From Planctomycetota bacterium (GTDB lineage Bacteria; Planctomycetota; UBA8108; SXIK01), in assembly GCA_965223265.1 (NCBI GenBank), contig OZ244999.1, positions 9,056,001-9,120,000 on the forward strand: DNA of 64,000 nucleotides. Direction: 5' to 3'. Both the position numbers and the translations under genes were made by a program. Under the pieces are notes generated by a model that had not been told where the DNA came from, made no database searches, and was given only the letters and a program-made list of their open reading frames with translations. This document shows, piece after piece, positions 10,445 to 21,006 of the stretch (the stretch's first letter is position 1; every line of letters begins with the position of its first letter).

Positions 10445-11179
10445 ATGAGAAGTCTCATCGTCGTCCCGGCGTACAACGAAGAAAGCTCGCTCCCTTCGAC
10501 CCTTGCAAGTCTGCAAGCGGTCCCAGAGTGGTTCGACATCTTGGTCGTGAACGACGGCTCCACGGATTCCACGGGGAAGGTTGCGGAGTCCTTCGCGGCT
10601 TCGAGTCCAAGAACCGTTCATGTGGTTCATTTGGTCGACAACTGCGGCATCGGTGCGGCTGTCCAGACCGGATTTGTTTTTGCGGCCCAGACGCAGCGTT
10701 ACCGCTACGTCGTTCAATTCGACGCCGACGGTCAGCACGAGGCGGAGTTCGTCCAAAAGCTCGTGCAAGAGTGCGAGCGACGTGGGCTCGATTTGTGCAT
10801 AGGATCGCGGTTCTTGGCGAGCGATGAAGGGGGCTTTCGCTCGACGCGGATTCGACGTATAGGCATTCAGTTCTTTTGCAGACTGGTTGCCGTATTGACG
10901 GGTACACGGGTGACCGACCCAACAAGCGGCCTGCGCTGCAGTGGGCCGCGGGCTTGGCGTGCGTTTGCCAATCGTTACCCGGACGACTATCCAGAGCCGG
11001 AATCCCTTTTCTGGTGTCTCCGCAATCGTCTGTCAATCGCGGAGATACCGGTGCGCATGGCGGCTCGGCGTGGCGGCGTCACTTCGATCGGTTGCCTATC
11101 TAGTGGCTACTACATGGCGAAAGTTACCTTGGCGATCCTCTTCGATCGTCTCAGACGCAGAGAGTTTCCAGCGACGTGA
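10445..11179 (+). CDS. GT2 glycosyltransferase, polyprenol-phosphate glycosyltransferase (DPM1-like)
   Basis: VPAYNEE, VNDGSTD, GIGAAVQTG, FDADGQH, GSRF, DPTSG, YPEPE; overlaps the DUF2304 gene (GTGA). Confidence 0.9.
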   Translation: MRSLIVVPAYNEESSLPSTLASLQAVPEWFDILVVNDGSTDSTGKVAESFAASSPRTVHVVHLVDNCGIGAAVQTGFVFAAQTQRYRYVVQFDADGQHEAEFVQKLVQECERRGLDLCIGSRFLASDEGGFRSTRIRRIGIQFFCRLVAVLTGTRVTDPTSGLRCSGPRAWRAFANRYPDDYPEPESLFWCLRNRLSIAEIPVRMAARRGGVTSIGCLSSGYYMAKVTLAILFDRLRRREFPAT

Positions 11180-11601
11180 ATGCCGAGCTCTTTATGTTGA
11201 TCGGTGGTGTCACCAGCTTCGCGTTGACGCTCCACTGGGTGCGTAGCCGCGAGTTGCGAGAGAAGTATGCCGTCGGCTGGATTTTCGTTGCGGCTCTGCT
11301 GCTCCTTTGCGGTTTGTTTCCACGTTCGATCATGGCCCTTGCCGACGCCTCGAGGCTGAGCTATCCCGCCGCTGTACTGTTCCTGGCTTTGGCACTCATC
11401 TACGCGTTTTCCTTCTCTGTTTCTGCGTCGCTCACGCGTCATCACAGACGGAGCCAAAGGCTCATTCAACGGGTTGCTCTCCTAGAGGAGCGTCTCCGCT
11501 GCCTCGAGCGAAACCGTGACGAGGTGTCGTCGCCGCCCCCGCGACGTGGCGAGTCAGATGAAAACTGCTCAGAGAGTCGCAAGTTGGACGCGATCGTGTG
11601 A
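11176..11601 (+). CDS. DUF2304-family membrane protein
   Basis: LREKYAVGW, three hydrophobic segments, YP motif, C-terminal LIQRVALLE coiled coil; usual partner of DPM1-like GT2. Confidence 0.8.
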   Translation: MNAELFMLIGGVTSFALTLHWVRSRELREKYAVGWIFVAALLLLCGLFPRSIMALADASRLSYPAAVLFLALALIYAFSFSVSASLTRHHRRSQRLIQRVALLEERLRCLERNRDEVSSPPPRRGESDENCSESRKLDAIV

Positions 11602-11610
11602 GCGCCGGCG

Positions 11611-13602
11611 TTACTCCGCGAGGGTGCTCTCGCCGCGGGGCTTGTCGATCCAGACCTGACGTTCTCGGCGCAAAGCGTCTCGACTAAGCTCAGACAACTC
11701 TGCCCCTAGAAACTCCGTCGCCGCATCGAGGAAGGCCGCAGCCGCCGCGTTCCCCGCTCTCTTCGCTTCGTGATTTGCAGTCGTACGGATCCGGCCGATC
11801 GCTGCTGGCTCGTCTGCGATCCCAAGCAACGCGCGGGCGAATCTCAATTGGGTCGGGGCAGGAAGACGACCACCGACCTCGGCTCGCTCGAAATGCTCCA
11901 CGGCGGCGGAGAACTCTCCTTGGCTCACAAGTGCGAGCGCCAGGTTGTTGTGAGCCGGCCAATATCGTGGCCGGACCTCGAGGGCTCGTCGGTAGAACGC
12001 AATGGCTTCTGGGACGTTTCCCTTCTCCAGCTCGGCAGCTCCGGCGCTGACGTGAACTCGAATCGAGCGAGGTTGTATACGCAACGCACGCCGGTAGTGG
12101 TGGAGAGCTTCGTCAAGGTCACCGGCGGTGTGTAGGCTGGCGCCGTAATTGAAGTGATAGACGGCGAGAGGTTTGAGTGACGACGCATCTGAGTTCAAGA
12201 CAGCTCGACGATAGCACTCACGCGCTCGATGGGTGTCGCCACTGTTGGTCAGGAGGACACCGAGCTCGTTGTAGGCGCGGGAGTTCGTCGGGTTGACCTC
12301 AAGCGCCTGTGACCACAGAGCGAACGGCTCTGCGTAGACGGTGTTGCGTGCGTGGGTCAAGCACACGAACGTGGCGGTGACCGCACAGACGAATGCGGCG
12401 CCGGTCGCATAAAGCGTTCGCGCTCCCAGCCGCCTTGAGAGGTACTCTAAGAGGTAGTGGCTGACTCCAACAACGATCGCCGTGACGGGGATCAACGCTA
12501 AGTACATACGATGCTCGACTGCTATGTCGGCGATCGGAACAACACTCGAGCTAGGCGCCAAAAGTATGAAGAAGATCAGCACGAGTGCGCTCGTGCGTGG
12601 CACTCTTCGCACTGCGAGGACGGAAAGGGAGAGCACGAGAAGGAGTGGAAGCCCCGCTGCCATCACGCGCAATGGATCGTAGCAGACCGGCCATTGATAA
12701 TCGATACACAGGGGGGCAGGCCAGAAAACCTGTTTTAGGTAGTGGACGATGACGGTCGCTTGAGTGAGGAAGTACTCGGACCCCGTGAAGGGAAGGCTAC
12801 CTGCTCCGACGGAGCTGGTCGACACGGCCAAGGCATGTGGTGAACTTCGGTAGAAGAAGAACCAACTACTCATGAGCCCGATGAAAAGCGGTGTTTGGTG
12901 GCGCAGCAGCTGCGACCATGTTCGCGTCAGGAACGCACGATGGAGGATCAACGTAACGACTGGGATCGTCACGGCGGATTCCTTCGTACCGACTGCAAGC
13001 CAGCAGCTAAACGTAGCAGCCGCGAACCAAAACCACGCTCTGCCGCCCGTAGCGCCGCGAGCCGCGCAGTACAGCGACAGCAGATAGAAGAGCCCCATCA
13101 GGGACTCAGAGCGTTGGATGACGTAAGTGACGCTTTGCGTTTGTAAGGGGTGAACCAGCCAGAGAGCCGCTATGGCCAACGACAGAGTCGTCGTCGCGGA
13201 ATCTGAAATGACAACACTCGGGGTCTCTCCTGGCCCTTTTGCGCGGAGGATTGTCGCGTCGTTGCGAAAGGGGGCTGCGGCCAGTAGGCGTCGCGTTAGG
13301 AGAAAGAGGACAATCCCAGCGCTGACATGGATCGCTATGTTTGTGACGTGGTAGCCCGCAACGCTGAGTTTCGAAACCGCATAGTTCAACGCAAGCGACA
13401 GATTGAGAATCGGTCGATTGCCCCCGAGAAGGTGTTTGAACTCCGGGTCGCGAATCGTATCGTTCTCGACAATCCAAGGTATGTCGTCGAAAACGAACGG
13501 TACATGTAGCGAGTTACCGTAGGCCAACGATCCGAGAAGGGTTAAGAAGAGGACCGGTGCAGTCGCTGAGTCTTTTCGGAAGGGCCGGCAATGTGCTGTC
13601 AT
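11611..13602 (-). CDS. TMTC-like membrane protein (putative GT-C glycosyltransferase) with C-terminal TPRs
   Basis: PFVFDD, RP...SLALNY, YHVTNIAIH, HPLQTQSVTYVIQRSE, KE, EHRMYL, RN..Y.....LW, followed by TPR repeats. Confidence 0.85.
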   Translation of the reverse strand: MTAHCRPFRKDSATAPVLFLTLLGSLAYGNSLHVPFVFDDIPWIVENDTIRDPEFKHLLGGNRPILNLSLALNYAVSKLSVAGYHVTNIAIHVSAGIVLFLLTRRLLAAAPFRNDATILRAKGPGETPSVVISDSATTTLSLAIAALWLVHPLQTQSVTYVIQRSESLMGLFYLLSLYCAARGATGGRAWFWFAAATFSCWLAVGTKESAVTIPVVTLILHRAFLTRTWSQLLRHQTPLFIGLMSSWFFFYRSSPHALAVSTSSVGAGSLPFTGSEYFLTQATVIVHYLKQVFWPAPLCIDYQWPVCYDPLRVMAAGLPLLLVLSLSVLAVRRVPRTSALVLIFFILLAPSSSVVPIADIAVEHRMYLALIPVTAIVVGVSHYLLEYLSRRLGARTLYATGAAFVCAVTATFVCLTHARNTVYAEPFALWSQALEVNPTNSRAYNELGVLLTNSGDTHRARECYRRAVLNSDASSLKPLAVYHFNYGASLHTAGDLDEALHHYRRALRIQPRSIRVHVSAGAAELEKGNVPEAIAFYRRALEVRPRYWPAHNNLALALVSQGEFSAAVEHFERAEVGGRLPAPTQLRFARALLGIADEPAAIGRIRTTANHEAKRAGNAAAAAFLDAATEFLGAELSELSRDALRRERQVWIDKPRGESTLAE

Positions 13603-13824
13603 GATCGTCAGTGTTCGTCACTTCGACGGGAGCCCGCCGTTCACAGAAACGCACTACTTCAACAAGGCCGTAGAATCACGCGAGGTAACAGATCAATCGG
13701 CTTGACCGCGAGACAGCTGTGGTTATTGTAGCGGCAGGGTCTGAGGTCTCCTCGACGATCCAAACGCCAACACTCAGCACCCAACACTCATCACAACGTG
13801 CAGTACATTTTTCGGAGAGCTCTC

Positions 13825-15378
13825 ATGGCGTACTCCTTGCGTCGCTGCGTTCTGTGGGGATTTCTCGCCCTGTTGTTGACCCGGGCGTCAGAAGTGTCGG
13901 CGCTTCCCGCTACCGCCAAGGTGAATCTGCGCACGGTCGACGCTTCAGGTGAGGTGTTACCGGCACGAGTTCACCTGGTCGACGCGGAGGGAAAGGCTGT
14001 CGAGCCGGATGGTTGGCCGTTTTATCGTGACCACTTCAACTTTGACGGCGACGCCGTGCTGGACCTTCCCGTGGGCGAATACCGATTCACGATCGAGCGC
14101 GGCCCCGAGTATCGGAGAGCAACCGGCACGATTTCCGTCGCGGACGATTCGCGGGGGCCTGAGACCGTCGTCCTCCATCGGCTGACCGACCTCAACCGTC
14201 GTGGGTGGTGGTGTGGGGATGTTCACATCCATCGTGACCCTGAAGTCGTGCCACTTCTTATGGCGTCTGAGGACCTGAACGTCGGCCCGATTCTGACAGT
14301 ATGGAACCAGCGCAACCATTGGTCGAACCGCGAACTCCCCGGCCAACTCGTTCAAGAAGTAGGCGAGAACCGTTGGATCCATTTGCTGGCGTGCGAGGAC
14401 GAAAGAAAAGGCGGCGCCCTGCTCTATTTCAACTTGTCCAGTCCACTAGACTTTCGAGGCGACGGCGGCGAGTATCCGTCGCCGCTGAAGAATCTCACCA
14501 TTGCCCGCAAGCTTGCTGGCGCGTGGATCGATATCGAAAAGCCGTTCTGGTGGGATGTGCCGACGTGGGTGGCAACCGGCAGAATCGATTCTATTGGGCT
14601 CGCCAACAACCATATGTGTCGCAGTCGAATGTTCGAATCAGAGGCGTGGGGAAGGCCTCGCGACGTCACCCGCCTGCCTCCTCCGCGGGGCAACGGGTTT
14701 TTCACGCAGGAACTCTATTACCGGCTTCTCAACTGTGGTTTTCGAATTTCACCGTCCGCAGGATCTGCGTCGGGGGTGCTACCGAATCCCGTTGGGTACA
14801 ATCGAGTTTACGTCTATCTGGGCGACTCACCGTCTTATGAGGCATGGTGGCGTGGTCTGAAGGTCGGTCGCAGTTTCGTCACGAACGGCCCCCTGCTTCT
14901 TGTTAACGCCAACGGAAAACTACCCGGTAGCGTTTTTCAGGTTGGCGAGAATCTGGGCGTCGAAATCGATGTTCAGGTACTGAGTAACGATTCGATCGAT
15001 CGGGTGGAACTCGTCGTCGATGGCAACATCGCGTCGGTCGACAAGCCGAACGAAGAGGGAAAAGTCGCATTCAAGACCTCGTTCAAGACTTCCGGTTGGT
15101 TTCTTGTCAGAGTGATCGCCTCGGTTTCTGAGACATTTCGATTCGCGAGTACCGCGCCGTTCTATGTAGAAGTTGCTGGCAAGAAGAGTTCGCCGCGGCG
15201 CGAAGATGTTCAATACTTCATCGACTGGATCGAGGAGAGGATGCAGCAGATTGAAGGACGCTCGACAAAGGAGTTCGGGCCCTTCAACCGTGAGAGTGCG
15301 CTCCGACTTCTTGGTGTTTTGAAGCCGCACGAAGAGGCATTGCTCACATTTCGAACCCTCCTGGAAAGATCCATATAG
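13825..15378 (+). CDS. Secreted CehA/McbA-family (PHP-like) metallohydrolase
   Basis: Signal peptide; ERGPEY, WWCGDVHIHR, YYRLLNCG, SAGSASG, PVGYNRVY, GRSFVTNGP. Confidence 0.8.
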   Translation: MAYSLRRCVLWGFLALLLTRASEVSALPATAKVNLRTVDASGEVLPARVHLVDAEGKAVEPDGWPFYRDHFNFDGDAVLDLPVGEYRFTIERGPEYRRATGTISVADDSRGPETVVLHRLTDLNRRGWWCGDVHIHRDPEVVPLLMASEDLNVGPILTVWNQRNHWSNRELPGQLVQEVGENRWIHLLACEDERKGGALLYFNLSSPLDFRGDGGEYPSPLKNLTIARKLAGAWIDIEKPFWWDVPTWVATGRIDSIGLANNHMCRSRMFESEAWGRPRDVTRLPPPRGNGFFTQELYYRLLNCGFRISPSAGSASGVLPNPVGYNRVYVYLGDSPSYEAWWRGLKVGRSFVTNGPLLLVNANGKLPGSVFQVGENLGVEIDVQVLSNDSIDRVELVVDGNIASVDKPNEEGKVAFKTSFKTSGWFLVRVIASVSETFRFASTAPFYVEVAGKKSSPRREDVQYFIDWIEERMQQIEGRSTKEFGPFNRESALRLLGVLKPHEEALLTFRTLLERSI

Positions 15379-15419
15379 CCTCTCAATAGACAACCCTTAG
15401 ACTTGCAAGGAGTTCGTTC

Positions 15420-16448
15420 ATGCACCTTCTGAGAGTCCCTACTACCTACTCACTCTTTGCCGCCGCGCTTTTCGTTGCTGTGTCATTGCATGACCACGTA
15501 GAGGCTGGACTGCGCATCTATTGGTGCGACGTTGAGGGGGGGGCGGCGACATTGATCGTAAGTCCTGAAGGTGAATCGATCCTGGTTGACGCCGGACTCC
15601 CGGGCGAGCGTGACCCGTCTCGAATCGTCAAGGTTGCGACCGAGCACGCGAAAGTGGAGGCGATCGATCACATGGTCGTCACTCACTTCGATACGGATCA
15701 CTTCGGCGGCGTCGCAGACCTTTCGAAGTTGATCCCCATTCATCGGGTCTACGACCCCGGTCTGCCAGAGGACTCAAGTTCGGATTTGCTGCAGAATTAC
15801 CTCAAGGCAACTGAAGGAAAACGAACAGTGCTCAAGCCCGGCGACCGTCTCCCGCTGGCCGGAGGAGGAGACTCTGCACTTGAGGTGCTCTGCATAGCGG
15901 CCCAGCAGCAGTTCTTGTCGGCGTCGGCCCCAGCGAACGACGAGATTTGCGAGACACACAAACCGAAGGAAGCCGATTTGACTCAGAACGCGAACAGCAC
16001 GGTGCTCTTGTTCACCGTGGGGTCCTTCCGATTCCTCGACGCAGCTGACTTGACGTGGGAGCTGGAGAAAAAGCTTGTTTGCCCAGTGAACTTGATTGGA
16101 TCTGTGGACGTCTTTCAAGTGAATCACCACGGGTTGGACAGCAGCAACAACCCAGTGCTTGTTACCAGCGTGCAACCAACCGTCGCGGTAATGAATAACG
16201 GCGTTAGTAAGGGCTGCGCTACCGAGACCGTTGCGACGCTTCGCAGTATCTCATCGATTCAAGCGGTTTATCAGCTACACCGAAATCTTCCTGTGGGGGG
16301 CAACACTCCACCGGACTACATCGCCAACCTCGTCGCGGACTGTCAGGCGGATCACGTTGAACTCGAGGTGTCTCCTGACACGACTTCCTTCACCGTCCGG
16401 GTTCCTTCTCGCGGGCACTCGCAGATCTATTCCGTGAAGGGGCGTTGA
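15420..16448 (+). CDS. Secreted metallo-beta-lactamase-fold hydrolase (ComEC/Rec2-like)
   Basis: DVEGGAATLIVSP, THFDTDHFGG, NANS, NHHG; signal peptide. Confidence 0.88.
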   Translation: MHLLRVPTTYSLFAAALFVAVSLHDHVEAGLRIYWCDVEGGAATLIVSPEGESILVDAGLPGERDPSRIVKVATEHAKVEAIDHMVVTHFDTDHFGGVADLSKLIPIHRVYDPGLPEDSSSDLLQNYLKATEGKRTVLKPGDRLPLAGGGDSALEVLCIAAQQQFLSASAPANDEICETHKPKEADLTQNANSTVLLFTVGSFRFLDAADLTWELEKKLVCPVNLIGSVDVFQVNHHGLDSSNNPVLVTSVQPTVAVMNNGVSKGCATETVATLRSISSIQAVYQLHRNLPVGGNTPPDYIANLVADCQADHVELEVSPDTTSFTVRVPSRGHSQIYSVKGR

Positions 16449-16549
16449 AGAGCCAGCCGGCGCCACACTGACCGTACGTTCTGATATCACTCTACTCTCG
16501 TGCTCCCTTTCGCTCCTTCGAGCCGGGCGAATCTACGATAAGTAGAGTT

Positions 16550-19500
16550 ATGAACGTATCCGCACCCACGCGACCGCAGCCACCGCCGGTCGAGAGTCAA
16601 CACCTTATCAACCAGCGATACGCGGTCGAGAGGCAACTCGGCCGAGGCGGGATGGGGACTGTCTACTTGGTGCGTGACTTGCGCCACCACGGCGCCTTGC
16701 GAGCGTTGAAGCAAGTACGTTCTGGGCCGAGTAGTGAACAGAACACAGTCACGTTGCGCAATGAGTTTCTCGCCCTGAGTCGTCTCCACCATCCGAATCT
16801 CATGCGGGTGCACGACTTCGGAGTGGATCGGCGTTGTGAGTCGGCCTTCTTCACGTGTGAATTTCTCGAAGGCGTCAGTTGGCTTGCAGCCCAGAAGAAA
16901 TGGGCGAAGGCAGGGCAGTTCGAGAATCTCGTCGCAACAACGATTCACGTCCTCCGTGCGCTCGAGTTTGTTCACAGCTGTGGCTTTGTGCACAGCGACA
17001 TGAAGCCCGACAATGTCGTGATCTGCACTGCTACCGAGGGCGCGTCCGCGGTCGTCGCCAAGCTGATCGATTTCGGTTTGGCGAAGCGCGAGCGTCAAAG
17101 CAGCGGAAAGAAGATTCTTGGAACGCCCTACTACGTGGCGCCCGAAACGATCCTCGGCTACCCGGTGGATCGCCGTTCGGATCTCTACTCGCTTGGGGTC
17201 GTGCTGTATCAACTTGTCACTGGCTCGCCGCCCTTCGTCGGCGAAGACAATCTGACGATTCTCAAGAGCCACGTAGAGCACCCCGCACCCGATCCGTGTC
17301 TGAAGAACGCGGCCGTGCCCTCCGTGTTTGGTGGCATCATCCGACGGCTCCTGGCAAAGAAGGCCGACGATCGATTTCAAAGCGCTGCGGAGGTGGTTGA
17401 AGCCATCAACGCCGCTGGGCTGGACGATGCATCTCTTGAGACCGAAGAGACCGTCAAAGCGTACCTTCGACGCGGATGGCTTGGGGGGCGGGAGAGCGAA
17501 CTTCGCTTCCTACTCGAGGTGACTCGAGAGGCGGTGACACCGAAAAACGATACTGAAGCCTCTGCGTCGAAGGGGCGCTCTAACCCGTTTCGTCGTCGTA
17601 CTCCAAAGGCACCAGGAAATGTGTCAGTGCCGGCTGGCCGCTGTGTGCTCGTTCGCGCGCGGCATGGTAGTGGCAGTCGGCAGTTGCTCGATCGAGTTCG
17701 CGCGGCGGTACAAATCGATGGCGTGACGGTTGTCGATGTGCAGTGCGGAGGTGGAGCTGAGGACGGTATAGACGATTTGAGGCGCTTGCTCGACGGCGTC
17801 GTCGAGTGTGACGCCGATAGTGTTATCAGTTCGGCCAAGGCTGCCGCCCGAGTTGTCGGTGCGATAGGAGAAGTCGACCGAGACACTTCGAAGGTGCAGC
17901 TGCGCGAAGCTCTCAGCGTGTTGGCGTCGGCTGTTTTTGCGGCCAGCAGTGAGCGGCCGATCGTGCTTTTCCTCCGGGACCTATCCGCTGCTAGCCTACC
18001 GATCGTCTGGGTACTGCGTGCCCTCCTACATCTGGCGGCATCCGGGGATGGCAACGTGCACTTTCTTTTAGTTGCCACGCTTTCAGACCACATCGACTCT
18101 CAGGGCGAGGCGTTCTCTCAGCTCGCTCTCGATCGTGAGTTTCGACGCAGCGTCGCTGAAATGAAGGTTTCTGCGCTTTCGCGAGAGGGGGTCGATCGTG
18201 CGATTCGGAGTGTGTTCGGTAACTTGAAGCACGATGCGGCGTTTTTGAGTGCAGTGCATGAAGAGAGTGATGGAGACATCCGTGTCGTCATTAGGATTTT
18301 GTCGGTGCTTTTCCAGCAAGGAAGAATCATCCGACGAGCGCGTGGCTGGTCCTTGAGTGAAGACTTTGATGTCGTAGCCATACCAGGCAAGGTTCGCAGT
18401 GAACTGCGGCAGAAGCTCCGCCGCCTCCCCGAAACTGCGCGCAACGTCGCAGCAGCACTTGCGTGCATGCGAACGACGTACGATCTCCCGGTTGCATCGG
18501 AGGCTGCAGGACTCGATGCGGAGGAATCTCAGTCGATTCTAGCTACGCTTCTGGAGGCTGGGATCCTGAACATTGTCGAAGAGGGAGGTTCGGGCACGCA
18601 GTACGCTTTCGCGCACAACGGCGCGAAGAGCCTTCTTTATGGCTCCATTGCGAGCGACAGGCGTGGAGAGGTTCACGAGCGCCTGGGGCGACTCTTCGAA
18701 CGGTTCGGGAAGGAGCGCCACTCGCTTGACTATCGCGAGCTCGCCCATCACTACTTGCGAGCAAGAAACCGGAGAAAGGCGATCGAGTATGCGATCGAAG
18801 CGGCGCGGGACTACGCCCGCGAACATCGATTCGTCGACGCGGTTGCGACGTACGAGAAGATCCTCGGTTTGTTGACGGACGACGACCAAGCGCCGCGTTT
18901 CTTGGTTCGCCGCGAAATGGCTGCGCTGAAACTCGTCGCCGGAGACTATCAGCGCGCAGCGTCTCTCTTTGGGGAATGCGTCGCGGAGGGTCGAGGGGAA
19001 GGCCGGGATCTGTTCGACCCGGGTCATGTTCTCGCTGCAGAGATCGGACTTGCCCGCGCTGCTACGACGCTCGGTGATGTGGACACAGCCGTCGCGACTC
19101 TCAAGCATCTGTCCACTCTTGAACTTGACGCTGGACTACAGGCTCGAGTCGAGATCGAGCGTGCGGTCCTGTGGCTGAGCCAGGATCGGTTCGTCGAGGC
19201 GCTACGATGTTGCCGTGAAGCGCTTGGTTTGTTGACGGCGGAAGAGCACCCGATGTTGTGCTCCGAAGCCTTGTCGCTCAGCGCAGAGAGCCTCTGTGGT
19301 TTGAACGACCGACAATCGGCTGAGGATTGTTGCCAGCATGCATTGCGGCTAATCGAAGGGTTAAGAGACGAACGCAATTGGGCCCAGAGCGCCTACATCC
19401 GCTCACGACTCTACTTTTTTCGTCGTCGGTATCCGGAGAGCTTGGAGCAGCTAGATTTGGCTCTGAGCCTTTGGAGGGAACTTCGAGCTTACGATAGGCA

Positions 19501-20704
19501 GGCTGAGTGTCTCGCTCATATTGGGGAAATGCTTTGCGTCATGGGACAGTCGAATGAGGCGGAGGCGCGGTTGAAGAAGTCGCGTGCGGTGTTCAGACGC
19601 ACGCGAAACCGACGCGCGACCTTGCATGCGCTCACGTCTCTTGGAGAGGCGAAGCGGTCGCTTGGAAAGCACCGCGAAGCGCGAAGGGTTCTGTCGGACG
19701 CGATCGATCTGGCGCGGAAGTTGGGCTGCGCTGAAGGGGTACGACGTGCTGAAGTCGCAATGGCCGAGACCTATCTCGACGTGGGGAGGTTCTCCGCGAT
19801 GAGTCGCCATCTTCACGATTCGTCCGGAGGTGAGGACTCGAGGACACAAAACGGCTTGCGTCGGTGTCACCTGTCAAGTATAGCCGCGCGGCAAATGGGC
19901 GAGATGGAACCAGCAATTCGGTCGGCTGAGAGGGGACTGCAAATTGCGAGAGAGGTCAGTGAACCGCTCAGCGAGGCTATGTTTCTCCATGAGGCGGCGC
20001 TGTGCCGATACGTTTTAGGTCAGCGACGCCAAGCTGGAAAGCATGTGGCGTCGCTGCTGCGTCTTGGCGAGAGCTACGGATTTGACAGGTGGAGTGGGAA
20101 CGGCAGAATCGTCGAGGCCCTCTTGCACGAGGCGGACGATCGACCAGAAGCTGCGGACAGCTCGTACGCCTACGCTACAGAAGATCTGCGCCGATCGGGT
20201 GATGAAAAGAGTTTGTGTAGGCTCTATCTCGAATTCGGGGTCTTTTGTCTGCGGCGCGGCGACTTTGAGCAAGCGTATCTGAACATCCAGGAAGGCTCGT
20301 ACTTGGCGGAGAAGCTTCAATCGAGATTCCTCATGTGTCGATTTCTTTGGGCGACGGCGCATATGAACCGCTCTGTGGCCGGCGCGCCGAGTGACGAATC
20401 AATGGAGCAGTTGAGGCGAACTCACAAGCAGGCCACTGAAGTTGGCTTCTCCGAGTTAGCGTGGAGAATCGAGTGCGACCTAGGACTTTGGCTCAACGAG
20501 CGAGGCGAGTCAGATCAGGCTGTGGTCAGCTTCAATCAGGCTTTGACGGCTGCAGAGGAAGTTGTTCGAAAGTTGCCGCCAGCGTGGCGGCACACCTATC
20601 TGCACGGCGCCCATGGTTCCGAGCTCAGAGAGGCGTTGAACGTCTTGCCCTCGCTGAAGGGCCGGGCGCCCACCGTCGGTTCTGTCTTGGGGCTAGCCGA
20701 GTAA
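16550..20704 (+). CDS. Ser/Thr protein kinase fused to a degenerate AAA/STAND NTPase and TPR repeats
   Basis: GRGGMGTVY, ALK, HSDMKPDN, DFG, GTPYYVAPE, DLYSLG; GRESEL; YAFAH; long TPR-like helical C-terminus. Confidence 0.9.
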   Translation: MNVSAPTRPQPPPVESQHLINQRYAVERQLGRGGMGTVYLVRDLRHHGALRALKQVRSGPSSEQNTVTLRNEFLALSRLHHPNLMRVHDFGVDRRCESAFFTCEFLEGVSWLAAQKKWAKAGQFENLVATTIHVLRALEFVHSCGFVHSDMKPDNVVICTATEGASAVVAKLIDFGLAKRERQSSGKKILGTPYYVAPETILGYPVDRRSDLYSLGVVLYQLVTGSPPFVGEDNLTILKSHVEHPAPDPCLKNAAVPSVFGGIIRRLLAKKADDRFQSAAEVVEAINAAGLDDASLETEETVKAYLRRGWLGGRESELRFLLEVTREAVTPKNDTEASASKGRSNPFRRRTPKAPGNVSVPAGRCVLVRARHGSGSRQLLDRVRAAVQIDGVTVVDVQCGGGAEDGIDDLRRLLDGVVECDADSVISSAKAAARVVGAIGEVDRDTSKVQLREALSVLASAVFAASSERPIVLFLRDLSAASLPIVWVLRALLHLAASGDGNVHFLLVATLSDHIDSQGEAFSQLALDREFRRSVAEMKVSALSREGVDRAIRSVFGNLKHDAAFLSAVHEESDGDIRVVIRILSVLFQQGRIIRRARGWSLSEDFDVVAIPGKVRSELRQKLRRLPETARNVAAALACMRTTYDLPVASEAAGLDAEESQSILATLLEAGILNIVEEGGSGTQYAFAHNGAKSLLYGSIASDRRGEVHERLGRLFERFGKERHSLDYRELAHHYLRARNRRKAIEYAIEAARDYAREHRFVDAVATYEKILGLLTDDDQAPRFLVRREMAALKLVAGDYQRAASLFGECVAEGRGEGRDLFDPGHVLAAEIGLARAATTLGDVDTAVATLKHLSTLELDAGLQARVEIERAVLWLSQDRFVEALRCCREALGLLTAEEHPMLCSEALSLSAESLCGLNDRQSAEDCCQHALRLIEGLRDERNWAQSAYIRSRLYFFRRRYPESLEQLDLALSLWRELRAYDRQAECLAHIGEMLCVMGQSNEAEARLKKSRAVFRRTRNRRATLHALTSLGEAKRSLGKHREARRVLSDAIDLARKLGCAEGVRRAEVAMAETYLDVGRFSAMSRHLHDSSGGEDSRTQNGLRRCHLSSIAARQMGEMEPAIRSAERGLQIAREVSEPLSEAMFLHEAALCRYVLGQRRQAGKHVASLLRLGESYGFDRWSGNGRIVEALLHEADDRPEAADSSYAYATEDLRRSGDEKSLCRLYLEFGVFCLRRGDFEQAYLNIQEGSYLAEKLQSRFLMCRFLWATAHMNRSVAGAPSDESMEQLRRTHKQATEVGFSELAWRIECDLGLWLNERGESDQAVVSFNQALTAAEEVVRKLPPAWRHTYLHGAHGSELREALNVLPSLKGRAPTVGSVLGLAE

Positions 20705-21006
20705 GTCCCCGAGTCGATTGGCTGCAAATGTCCGGGGCAGTCCTCGACGCTGCGAGTGGCGTCGGTCGACGCATCAAGCATGTGAATTCTTTCTCCACCT
20801 TCGTTCTCTTTCGTTCAAAGAATAGAAGAGGAATCGAACAGAAGAGAACAGAGACAATGAAGGCCGGAGTCGGAACCCCATTGCTGCAGAAAAGAAGCGC
20901 TTGGTGCGATGACTTCACCGTGCCTGTCGAGCGGGCGCGCGAAATATGCAAGTGGGGCCTGGTTCGTCGAGCCCAACGCCGCGCCGCTTCGTCGCAAGCG
21001 CCAGCG

